NCBI RefSeq assembly: GCF_032444005.1 | Contig: NC_091283.1 | Span: forward strand, 827,514,001-827,578,000 | Length of the DNA: 64,000 bases | Direction: 5' to 3' | DNA from: Ranitomeya imitator | Lineage: Eukaryota | Part shown: positions 31,091-62,600 of the stretch, piece after piece | How positions within the stretch are numbered: position 1 is the first letter of the stretch | Layout of the letters: each line of letters starts with the position of its first letter | The notes under the pieces: generated by a model | Seen by the model: the letters and a program-made list of their open reading frames with translations, nothing else | Databases searched by the model: none | What the model was told of the DNA's origin: nothing | Program-made: the position numbers and the translations under genes

Positions 31091-34000
31091 TGAGGGGTTA
31101 CCACTGTTTAGGCACATCAGGGGTCTCCAAACGCAACATGGCGCCACCATTGATTCCAGCCAATCTCGTATTCAAAAAGTCAAATGGTGCTCCCTCACTT
31201 CCGAGCCCCGACGTGTGCCCAAACAGTGGTTTACCCCCACATATGGGGTACCAGCATACTCAGGACAAACTGCGCAACAATTACTGGGGTCCAATTTCTC
31301 CTGTTACCCTTGTGAATCTAAAAAAATGCTTGCTAAAACATCATTTTTGAGGAAAGAAAAATGATTTTTTATTTTCACGGCTCTGCGTTGTAAACGTCTG
31401 TGAAGCACTTGGGGGATCAAAGTGCTCACCACATATCTAGATAAGTTCCTTGGGGGGTCTAGTTTCTAAAATGGGGTCACTTGTGGGGGGTTTCTACTGT
31501 TTAGGCACACCAGGGGCTCTGCAAACGCAACGTGATGCCCGCAGACCATTCCATCAAAGTCTGCATTTCAAAAGTCACTACTTCCTTTCTGAGCCCCGAC
31601 GTGTGCCCACACATGGGGTATCAGCGTACTCAGGAGAAACTGGACAACAACTTTTGGGGTCCAATTTCTCCTGTTACCCTTGGGAAAATAAAAAATTCTG
31701 GGCTAAATAATTATTTTTGAGGAAAGAAAACGTATTTATTATTTTCACGGCTCTGCATTATAAACTTCTATGAAGCACTTGGGGGTTCAAAGTGCTCACC
31801 ACACATCTAGATAAGTTCCTTTCGGGGTCTAGTTTCCAAAATGGGGTCACTTGTGGGGGGTTTCTACTGTTTAGGCACATCAGGGGCTCTGCAAACGCAA
31901 CGTGACGCCCGCAGAGCATTCCATCAAAGTCTGCATTTCAAAACGTCACTACTTCACTTCCGAGCCTCGGCATGTGCCCAAACAGTGGTTTACCCCCACA
32001 TATGGGGTATCAGCGTACTCAGGAGAAACAGGACAACAACTTTTGGCGTCCAATTTCTCCTGTTACCCTTGGGAAAATAAAAAATTCTGGGCTAAATAAT
32101 TATTTTTGAGGAAAGAAAACGTATTTATTATTTTCACGGCTCTGCATTATAAACTTCTATGAAGCACTTGGGGGTTCAAAGTGCTCATCACACATCTAGA
32201 TAAGTTCCTTTGGGGGTCTAGTTTCCAAAATGGGGTCACTTGTGGGGGGTTTCTACTGTTAAGCCTCATCAGGGGCTCTGCAAACGCAACGTGACGCCCA
32301 CAGAGCATTCCATCAAAGTCTGCATTTCAAAACGTCACTACTTCACTTCCGAGCCCCGGCATGTGCCCAAACAGTGGTTTACCCCCACATATGGGGTATC
32401 AGCGTACTCAGGAGAAACTGGACAACAACTTTTGGGGTCAAATTTCTCCTGTTACCCTTGGGAAAATAAAAAATTGCAGGCTAAAAGATCATTTTTGAGA
32501 AAATAATTTTTTTTTTTATTTTCATGGCTCTGCGTTATAAACTTCTGTGAAGCACTTGGGGGTTCAAAGTCCTCACCACACATCTAGATTAGTTCCTTTG
32601 GGGGTCTAGTTTCCAAAATGGGGTCATTTCTGGGGGATCTCCAATGTTTAGGCACACAGGGGCTCTCCAAACGTGACATGGTGTCCGCTAATGATTGGAG
32701 CTAATTTTCCATTTAAAAAGCCAAATGGCGTGCCATCCCTTCCGAGCCCTGCCGTGCGCCCAAACAGTGGTTTACCCCCACATATGGGGTATCAGCGTAC
32801 TCAGGACAAACTGGACAACAATATTTGGGGTCCAATTTCTCCTATTATCCTTGGCAAAATAGGAAATTCCAGGCTAAAAAATCATTTTTGAGGAAAGAAA
32901 AATTATTTTTTATTTTCATGGCTCTGCGTTATAAACTTCTGTGAAGCACCTGGGGGTTTAAAGTGCTCAATGTGCATCTAGATAAGTTCCTTGGGTGGTC
33001 TAGTTTCCAAAATGGGGTGACTTGTGGGGGAGCTCCAATGTTTAGGCACACAGGGGCTCTCCAAACGCGACATGGTGTCCGCTAACAATTGGAGCTAATT
33101 TTCCATTCAAAAAGTCAAATGGTGCGCCTTCCCTTCCGAGCCCTGCCGAGTGCCCAAACCCCCACATATGAGGTATCGGCGTACTCGGGAGAAATTGCCC
33201 AACAAATTTTATGATCCATTTTATCCTACTGCCCATGTGAAAATGAAAAAATTGAGGCGAAAAGAATTTTTTTGTGAAAAAAAAGTACTTTTTCATTTTT
33301 ACAGATCAATTTGTGAAGCACCTGAGGGTTTAAAGTGCTCACTAGGCATCTAAATAAGTTCCTTGGGGGGTCTAGTTTCCAAAATGGGGTCACTTGTGGG
33401 GGAGCGCCAATGTTTAGGCACACAGGAGCTATCCAAACGCGACATGGTGTCCGCTAACGATGGAAATAATTTTTCATTCAAAAAGTCAAATGGCGCTCCT
33501 TCCCTTCCGAGCCTTACCATGTGCCCAAACAGTGGTTTACCCCCACAGGTGAGGTATTGGTGTACTCAGGAGAAATTGCCCAACACATTTTAGGATCAAT
33601 TTTATCCTGTTGCCCATGTGAAAATGAAAAAATTGAGGCTAAAAGAATTTTTTTGTGAAAAAAAGTACTTTTTCATTTTTACGGATCAATTTGTGAAGCA
33701 AAGTTCAAAGTGCTCACTATGCATCTAGATAAGTTCCTTGGGGCGTCTAGTTTCCAAAATGGGGTCACTTGTGGGGGAGCTCCAATTTTTAGGCACACGG
33801 GTGCTCTCCAAACGTGACATGGTGTCCGCTAAAGAGTGGAGCCAATTTTTGATTCAAAAAGTCAAATGGCGCTCCTTCCCTTCCAAGCCCTGCCGTGCGC
33901 CCAAACAGTGGTTTACCCCCACATATGAGGTATCAGCGTACTCAGGACAAATTGGACAACAACTTTCGTGGTTCAGTTTCTCCTTTTACCATTGGGAAAA

Positions 34001-34200
34001 TAAAAAAATTGTTGCTAAAAGATAATTTTTGTGACTAAAAAGTTAAATGTTCATTTTTTCCTTCCATGTTGCTTCTGCTGCTGTGAAGCACCTGAAGGTT
34101 TAATAAACTTCTTGAATGTGATTTTGAGTACCTTGAGGGGTGCAGTTTTTAGAATGGTGTCACTTTTGGGTATTTTCAGCCATATAGACCCCTCAAACTG
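31090..34200. repeat. About 370-390-bp tandem subrepeat (about 8 copies) inside the piggyBac-like element
   Basis: CTAGATAAGTTCCTT..GGGGTCTAGTTTCCAAAATGGGGTCAC recurs at about 31437, 31807, 32197, 32585, 32978, 33350 and 33725. Confidence 0.85.
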
Positions 34201-34662
34201 ACTTCAAATGTGAGGTGGTCCCTAAAAAAAATGGTTTTGTAAATTTCGTTGTAAAAATGACAAATCGCTGGTCAAATTTTAACCCTTATAACTTCCTAAC
34301 AAAAAAAAATTTTGTTTCCAAAACTGTGCTGATGTAAAGTAAACATGTGGGAAATGTTATTTATTAACTATTTTGTGTCACATATCTCTCTGGTTTAACA
34401 GAATAAAAATTCAAAATGTGAAAATTGCGAAATTTTCAAAATTTTCGCCAAATTTCCGTTTTTATCACAAATAAACGCAGAATTTATTGACCTAAATTTA
34501 CCACTAACATGAAGCCCAATATGTCACGAAAAAACAATCTCAGAACCGCTAGGATCCGTTGAAGCGTTCCTGAGTTATTACCTCATAAAGGGACACTGGT
34601 CAGAATTGCAAAAAACGGCAAGGTCTTTAAGGTCAAAATAGGCTGGGTCATGAAGGGGTTAA

Positions 34663-35521
34663 AGGGAACCTGTCACCCCGTTTTTTCAGTATGAGATAAA
34701 AATACCGTTAAATAGGGCCTGAGCTGTGCTTTACAATAGGGTATTTTTTGTCCCCTGATTCCCCACCTATGCTGCCGAAATACCTTACAAAAGTCGCCGT
34801 TTTCGCCTGTCAATCAGGCTGGTCTGGTCCAAAGGCGTGGTGACAGCGCTGTTTCTCCCCCACATCTTGCTTATCTTCCTGTTGGTGGCATAGTGCTTCT
34901 CGCATGCGCAAGTGCCTAATGCACTGCGCAGCTGTAGAAAAAGAGTGTGCTCTCTGCTATTCAGCGGTTTCTCAGTGGGCGCGGCCATCTTCCTGAGGCC
35001 GCGCGTGCGCAGATGGTGTCCTGCTTCCTGGGGCTTCAGGAAAATGGCCGCGGGATGCCGCGCGTGCGCAGATGGAGATCACGACGGCCATTTTCCTGAA
35101 GCCGAGATGCGAACTCGGCTTCAGGAAAATGGCCGCCACGATCTCCATCTACGCACGCGCGGCATCCCGCGGCCATTTTCCTGAAGCCCCGGGAAGCAGG
35201 ACACTCCATCTGAGAAACCGCTGAATAGCAGAGAGCACGCTCTTTTTCTACAGCTGCGCAGTGCATTAGGCACTTGCGCATGCGAGAAGCACTACGCCAC
35301 CAACGGGAAGATAAGCAAGATGTGGGGGAGAAACAGCGCTGTCACCACGCCCTTTGGACCAGACCAGCCTGATTGACAGGCGAAAACGGCAACTTTTGTA
35401 AGGTATTTCGGCAGCATAGGTAGGGAATCGGGACAAAAAATACCCTATTGTAAGGCACAGCTCAGGCCCTATTTAACGGTATTTTTATCTCATACTGAAA
35501 AAACGGGGTGACAGGTTCCCT
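34663..35521. mobile_element. Kolobok/T2-type MITE, near-perfect 859-bp foldback
   Basis: TTAA|AGGGAACCTGTCACCCCG...CGGGGTGACAGGTTCCCT|TTAA, with arms of about 430 bp that are inverted copies. Confidence 0.9.
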
Positions 35522-35553
35522 TTAACGAGTCGTGCAATATGACTTAGGATAAA

Positions 35554-35637
35554 AGCCAAATTAGTATCTCAATTCGCAGACACGGTGTTTCGGGCTGTTG
35601 GCCCTCGTCAGTGCGAAGCATGAGAACTAATTTGGCT
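35554..35637 (-). ncRNA. Type I hammerhead ribozyme with extended stem I
   Basis: The minus strand reads TTCGCA-CTGACGA-GGGC caaca GCCC-GAAA-CACCGT-GTC^-TGCGAA, so every core nucleotide is canonical. Stem I extends through TCTCA/TGAGA and AGCCAAATTAGT/ACTAATTTGGCT. Predicted cleavage is between 35579 and 35578. Confidence 0.9.
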
Positions 35638-36472
35638 AGGTGAGAGGCTCTGGACTGGGGTCTAAGGGGTATCGTTTCTCCTTATGGAGTGTGACATACC
35701 ATCTCTGGCTTGTCAAGGTAAGGAGGCTTATTCGCCATGCAATGCTCCTCTGGGAAATATAATATGCAAATTGCCTCTTCTGAGAAAAAGAGGACTTAAC
35801 TCTATAGCGCCACCTTTTGGAAGTAGCGATCCTACAAGTCACAATCAACCCTTTAACGAGTCGTGCAATATGACTTAGGATAAAAGCCAAATCAGTATCT
35901 CAAACTAGTGACACAAATGTATAATTGGTGGAGAAATGTTTACCTTGATGGACCTAGGTCTTTTTTTCAAACTAATATGCAAAAAACATAATTTTCTCAG
36001 ACTTTCTCTGGGTGGATTAAGCAGGAGTCACAGGCTTTCTCTATTAGTGGGTGGAGGAAGCAGGACTCACAGGCTTTCTCTATTGGTCCGTGGATTAAAC
36101 AGGACACAAAGGCTTTCACTAGAAATACTGACAAAGGAAACACAACTTGATACAAGAAAACACTCAAGGAGATCACAGAGAACGTCACATCCCTGAGCTT
36201 AGCATCTCGTCCTTTATTCTCTGCTATCCCAATGTAAAAAAAATTACAGGTCACAGAGATGTATTTAATTATGTGCAGGAGGACACCAACTCCCAACGGA
36301 TGAAAGTGGAAAAAGGCGTGTCCTCATTCCCATAAATCCTACACTGTAGCAACGATCCTCTTCTTTGATATATTAACTCATCAGCAGCATAAAGAACATA
36401 AAGTGCAATGCTTTGACGCCAGGTTACACCTGGGTCTTTTCCACCAGAAATGCGCCTCCGTTTTGAGAAGAC

Positions 36473-36528
36473 GGTGAAACGTTGCACTTTATTATCTGTA
36501 GGTGAAACGTTGCACTTTATTATTTGTA
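36473..36528 (-). terminator. Tandemly duplicated polyadenylation signal, probable cdc25d 3' end
   Basis: 28-bp direct duplication GGTGAAACGTTGCACTTTATTAT(C/T)TGTA. Each copy gives AATAAA on the minus strand about 540 nt after the stop. Confidence 0.55.
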
Positions 36529-37053
36529 TATTGATCATGAGCTAAAACATGAAAGATTATCATGGTTGCTGCGAAGGCTTTAGGTTACTGAGACGAGTCA
36601 GAGCTTCTCATCGGTGGTGGCTTTGAGCAGTTTGACTTTGCCTCCACCAAAGACTGGAAAGAAGGGACTGCAGAGTTCTTCTTGGCTACATAATGGCCTG
36701 TCTTCTTCATCTTTTTTTTTATCGAAGCCAAGAGAATCAAATAGGAGTCAATAAATTATTTCTATAATATGAGACATTTTTTCTGAACTGGAGAAGAACA
36801 GATTAAAATGGTTTTACGATGACTCTTCTGAAGGACGCCGAGAATGGTTAATGGAAGGTGATGGTCACTATGGCTTTTTTTGCTCCAGTTATTGTGGGGC
36901 GGTATTTGTGCCCATCCCAATCCGATAGTGATTTTTACCTATCTCTAGGACTAGTGACGTCACCCTTCACAGTCTCATGGTATTGCCTTGTTTTCCTTGG
37001 TTGTTAGGAGGCCATGATTTCTGTTGCTGGAGGTCTGTTCAGTGGTTTTACAG

Positions 37054-57890
<20,837 letters not shown>

Positions 57891-58614
57891 TGCAGGCTGC
57901 TCTTCTATGGAGGATAGTCAGATGTGGCTCTATGCCGGCGGCATTGGATGCAGGCCGCTGTTTATGTTTAGGTCCCCGCTGTAACAATGGCTTCATCTGC
58001 TGCTTGTTGGCTTGTCCCTCTGTGTCACCGCAGAATGAATGGCTCCTGGAGATGGTATCTACAACAAGCAGAGGCAGAGCAGCTCACTAGTCCCCAGGAG
58101 GCTGTGAGAAGCCAAGTGTTACCCAGCGCTTGTTTGTGGGCATGTCTGAGCTTTAACAGTCTGTAATAACCAGAGGATTAGAATTATTTATTGTACTGCG
58201 GACTTCACACAGAAAACCTACATTTTTATAAAGAAAATCTAAGGCTTAGAGCGTATCCATCACCAGATTTCATAATGCAAACTGCATATATTACTATATA
58301 AATATTATACCTGATGAGTCCGGTGTACTTACTATGAAAAAAAAATATCCATCAGAATGGCTGCTTAACCCTAATATTAAAGTAAGCATTATATGAGTCC
58401 AGGCATTGTAGTATAACCTCAGCCTATCTTTTACATGGATTTTCAAAGTAAATATACCTGCATCATCAGGTCACAGAGATCTATTTCATCTCTCCATTTA
58501 TTATCGTTATTTTGCACTGCGATATTTCTACCATTCCCTCTCCTCCAAGAACTGTAAGGCTATGGTTCACACACAACATTTTTGCTGCATTTTTCATTTA
58601 TTTAATTTTTTTAC

Positions 58615-58855
58615 TCAGTTATATAGCGCCATTAATTCCACAGCGCTTTACATAAATTATCATCACTGTTTCCATTGGGGCTGACAATCTACATTCTCTA
58701 TAAGTATGTATTTGGAATGTGGGAGGAAACCAGAGGAAACCCACGCAAACATGGGGAGAACATACAAAGTCCTTGCAGATATTGTCAGTGGTAGGATTTG
58801 AAACCAGGACCCCAGCGCTTCAATGTAATAGTGCTAACCACTGAGCTACCATAAA
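58615..58855 (-). mobile_element. V-SINE
   Basis: Same A-box/B-box/V-domain layout as 5885-6183. Confidence 0.75.
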
Positions 58856-59663
58856 GTGCTAACAACTGAGCCGCCATACAGTGCTAACCACTGAGCAATC
58901 GTACAGTGCTAACCATTGAGCAAACATACAGTGCTAATCACTGAGCCACCATACACTGCTAACCACTGAGCCGCCATACAGTACTAACCACTTAGCCACC
59001 ATACACTGCTAACCACTGAGCCGCCATACAGTACTAACCACTGAGCCACCATACAGTGCTAACCACTGAGCCACCATACAGTGCTAATCACTGAGCCACC
59101 ATACACTGCTAACCACTGAGCCGCCATACAATACTAACCACTGAGCAGCCGTACACTACTAACCACTGAGCCGCCATACAGTACTAACCACTGAGCCACC
59201 ATACACTGCTAACCACTGAGCCGCCATACAGTACTAACCACTCATCCACCATACAGTGCTAACCACTGAGCCACCATACAGTGCTAATCACTGAGCCACC
59301 ATACACTGCTAACCACTGAGCCACCATACAGTACTAACCACTGAGCAGCCATACAGTGCTAACCACAGGGCCACCATACAATGCTAACCACGGAGCAACC
59401 ATACCGTTCTAACTAATGAGCCGCCATACAGTGCTAACCACTGAGCTACCATAAAGTGCTAACCACTGAGCCGCCATACAGTGCTAACCACTGAGCCGCC
59501 ATACAGTGCTAACCACTGAGCCACCATACAGTGCTAACTACTGAGCCGCCATACAGTGCTAACCACTGAGCCACCATACAGTGCTAACCACTGAGCCACC
59601 ATAAAGTGCTAACTACTGAGCCGCCATACAGTGCTAACCACTGAGCCACCATACAGTGCTAAC
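58820..59663. repeat. 25-bp minisatellite derived from the V-SINE A-box
   Basis: GTGCTAACCACTGAGCCACCATACA, about 33 copies, contiguous with the SINE head. Confidence 0.95.
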
Positions 59664-62600
59664 TAGGGTTGAGCGACCTTGACCTTTTTAGAGTCGAGCC
59701 GTGTTTCGCGAAACCCGACTATCTTAGAAGTCGAGTCGAGTGGAATCGGCCGATTATCGCGAAAAGTCGGGTATCGCCCGAAACACGAAACCCAATGCAA
59801 GTCAATGGGAGAGCATAGTCAGCAGTGAGTGGAGGCCAGGAAAACACCTAGAGTGCCCATTTTAATGGCAAAACCATCCATTCTTCTTAATGAAGCTTGT
59901 CAATCGTAATTTACCTTATAATAATTGGAAGGCATGTGAAATTGGGGGTCATTTGGCTAAAGTTGTGGGGGGTAGGGCTGGTTGAAGTAATTAGTGGGCC
60001 CAGTAAATCTGGACCACGTCACAGCAGTGGAGCAGGGAGAGGTAAGTATTTCAACTTTGCAAGTGCTGTGATCTTGAGCAAGCAGGGGGGGCCCACTCGT
60101 TGGCATTGGCACTGGCACAGGGCCCCTCAAAGTACAGGGGTGTGTTTGCACAGCGGGGGCGCCTCCCACCGGCAGCAACACTTTTGCGTACTATGAGAGG
60201 CCCTGTGCCAGTGACATCGCCAACTAGTATTCCTCCCTCCACCTGATGAAGGAACCTGCACTTTCATCTGCACCTTCCTGTTTGTCCCCGTGTAAGGTGG
60301 TATGGTATGCGGGAAGAGGAACCTGACTTTCAGCAGGGTCACAATCTTGCTGTGTAGCGTGCACGGGGAATTTTGCGTTATGGGTCAATGTACCAGCAGA
60401 CTCATCTATCACTGGCTGGGCAATGGGCAGGATGAGGAGGAAACACAGATATAGGCCCAAAGAATAAAGTGGGCTAAATGCAGTTCAAAATTGGTAACAC
60501 AGGACTAACCAGGGGGCATTGCAGTGGAGGACAACTGGAATGAGAGGCTGACACAGAGAGTAGGCCCAAATCAGTAAGTAGTCGAAATGCAGTTCATAAT
60601 TGGCAACCGTAGTAAACAGGCGGCACAGCTTTGTTCAGTTGAGGAGAACAGCAAGGAGTGGCAGACACCGATAGTAGGCCCCAACCCAACTAGTAGGCCA
60701 AATGCAGTCTAACATTAACAACTACTTAACGAGAGCCTGAAAATGGAATTTCAGGACAGGAAACCAGGAGAACAGCAAGGAGTGGCAGACACCGATAGTA
60801 GGCCCCAAACCAACTAGTACGCCAAATGCAGTCTAACATTAACAACTACTTAACAAGAGCCTGAAAATGGAATTTCAGGACAGGAAACCAGGAGAACAGC
60901 AAGGAGTGGCAGACACCGATAGTAGGCCCCAAACCAACTAGTACGCCAAATGCAGTTGTTCCATTTAACTACAATTTAATGAGAGCCTGAAGATAGAAGT
61001 TCAGGAAAGGCAACCTGGAGAACACCTTGGAGTGGAACACACCATCTCTCTACACCCCATACCCAATTTGTAGGCCTAATGCAGTGTAGTTTTCAACAAC
61101 TACTAAACGAGAGTCGGAAGATCGAAGCAATGTGGACGAAACCTGGGGAACACCTTGGAGTGGAACACACCATCTCTCTACACCCCATACCCAATTTGTA
61201 GGCCTAATGCAGCGTAGTTTCCAACAACTACTAAACGAGAGCATGAAGATCGAAGCAATGGCGATGAAACCTGGGGAACACCTTGGAGTGGAACACACAA
61301 TCTCTCTACACCCCATACCCAATTTGTAGGCCTAATGCAGCGTAGTTTCCAACAACTACTAAACGAGAGCATGAAGATTGAAGCAATGGAGAGGAAACCT
61401 GGGGAACACCTTGGGGAGGCAGACACCGTTAGTAGGCCCTACCAAAGTTGTACACCCAATGCAGTTTTAAAATTCCTAGAGGCTGAAAACAAGACTATTG
61501 ACGCTCAGCTTTTTTCAAAGGAACACAGCTGAATTGAGTGGCGCAGACAGACACAGGTAGTAGGACTCAAACCAAAAATGTGGCTCACTGCAGCAGAAAA
61601 AAGTTACAGGGGTACACAAGCTGCAGTGCTCTGGGCAGTGGAGGACAATTTCAATAGTGAACCGCAGACAGACTTTGTACGCCTACTATTAAAAAAAGGA
61701 TGCTCTATGCAATTATAAATAGGTTCTAGGGGTACACGGGCAGCAGTGGTGTGGTCAGTGGAGGCCTAGTGGAAGGAGTGACCGCAGACAGGCATCGAAG
61801 GCCTAAAGTAATAACACATGGCTGTAGGCAATTTTAAATTGGTTCCAGGGGTACACGGGCAGCATTGGCCTGGTCAGTGTAGTAGTAGTAGAAAGAACGG
61901 ACCGCAGACAGGCATCGAAGGCCTAAAATAAAAAAATTGGGCTGGCTGTAGGCAATTTTAAATTGGTTCCAGGGGTACACGGGCAGCAGTGGTGTGGTCA
62001 GTGGAGGCCTAGTGGAAGGAGTGACCGCAGACAGGCATCGAAGGCCTAAAATAAAAAAATTGGGCTGGCTGTAGGCAATTTTAAATTGGTTCCAGGGGTA
62101 CACGGGCAGCAGTGGTGTGGTCAGTGGAGGCATATTGTAAGGAGTGACCGCAGACAGGCATCGAAGGCCTAAAATAATAACACATGGCTGTAGGCAATTT
62201 TAAATTGGTTCCAGGGGTACACGGGCAGCAGTGGCCTGGTCAGTGTAGTAGTAGTAGAAAGAACGGACCGCAGACAGGCATCGAAGGCCTAAAATAAAAA
62301 AATTGGGCTGGCTGTAGGCAATTTTAAATTGGTTCCAGGGGTACACGGGCAGCAGTGTTGTGGTCAGTGGAGGCATATTGTAAGGAGTGACCGCAGACAG
62401 GCATCGAAGGCCTAAAATAATAACACATGGCTGTAGGCAATTTTAAATTGGTTCCAGGGGTACACGGGCAGCAGTGGTGTGGTCAGTGGAGGCCTAGTGG
62501 AAGGAGTGACCGCAGACAGGCATCGACGGCCTAAAATAAAAAAATTGGGCTGGCTGTAGGCAATTTTAAATTGGTTCCAGGGGTACACGGGCAGCAGTGG

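Larger units (their letters stand above)
29394..34658. mobile_element. Large non-autonomous piggyBac-like (TTAA) DNA transposon, 5.27 kb
   Basis: TTAA|CCCCTTCCCGACC...GGTCATGAAGGGG|TTAA. No transposase ORF is visible. It contains telomere-like tracts, a nested MITE (about 30404-30930) and about 380-bp subrepeats. Confidence 0.8.
29301..35903 (-). mobile_element. Retrozyme/satellite-2-like element: about 1.4 copies of a 331-nt unit, interrupted by two TTAA transposons
   Basis: 29301-29393 plus 35526-35763 make one 331-nt unit. 35764-35903 repeats its first 140 nt with 2 mismatches. It contains a hammerhead ribozyme. A possible TSD is AAATTAGT/AAACTAGT. Confidence 0.8.

Noticed and set aside
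36269-36740. Short ORFs near the cdc25d 3' end
   Set aside because: They lie in or just beyond the 3' UTR, with no splice context or homology.
58312-58340. CTGATGAGTC...GAAA as a hammerhead
   Set aside because: Stem II cannot form and there is no stem I/III complementarity.
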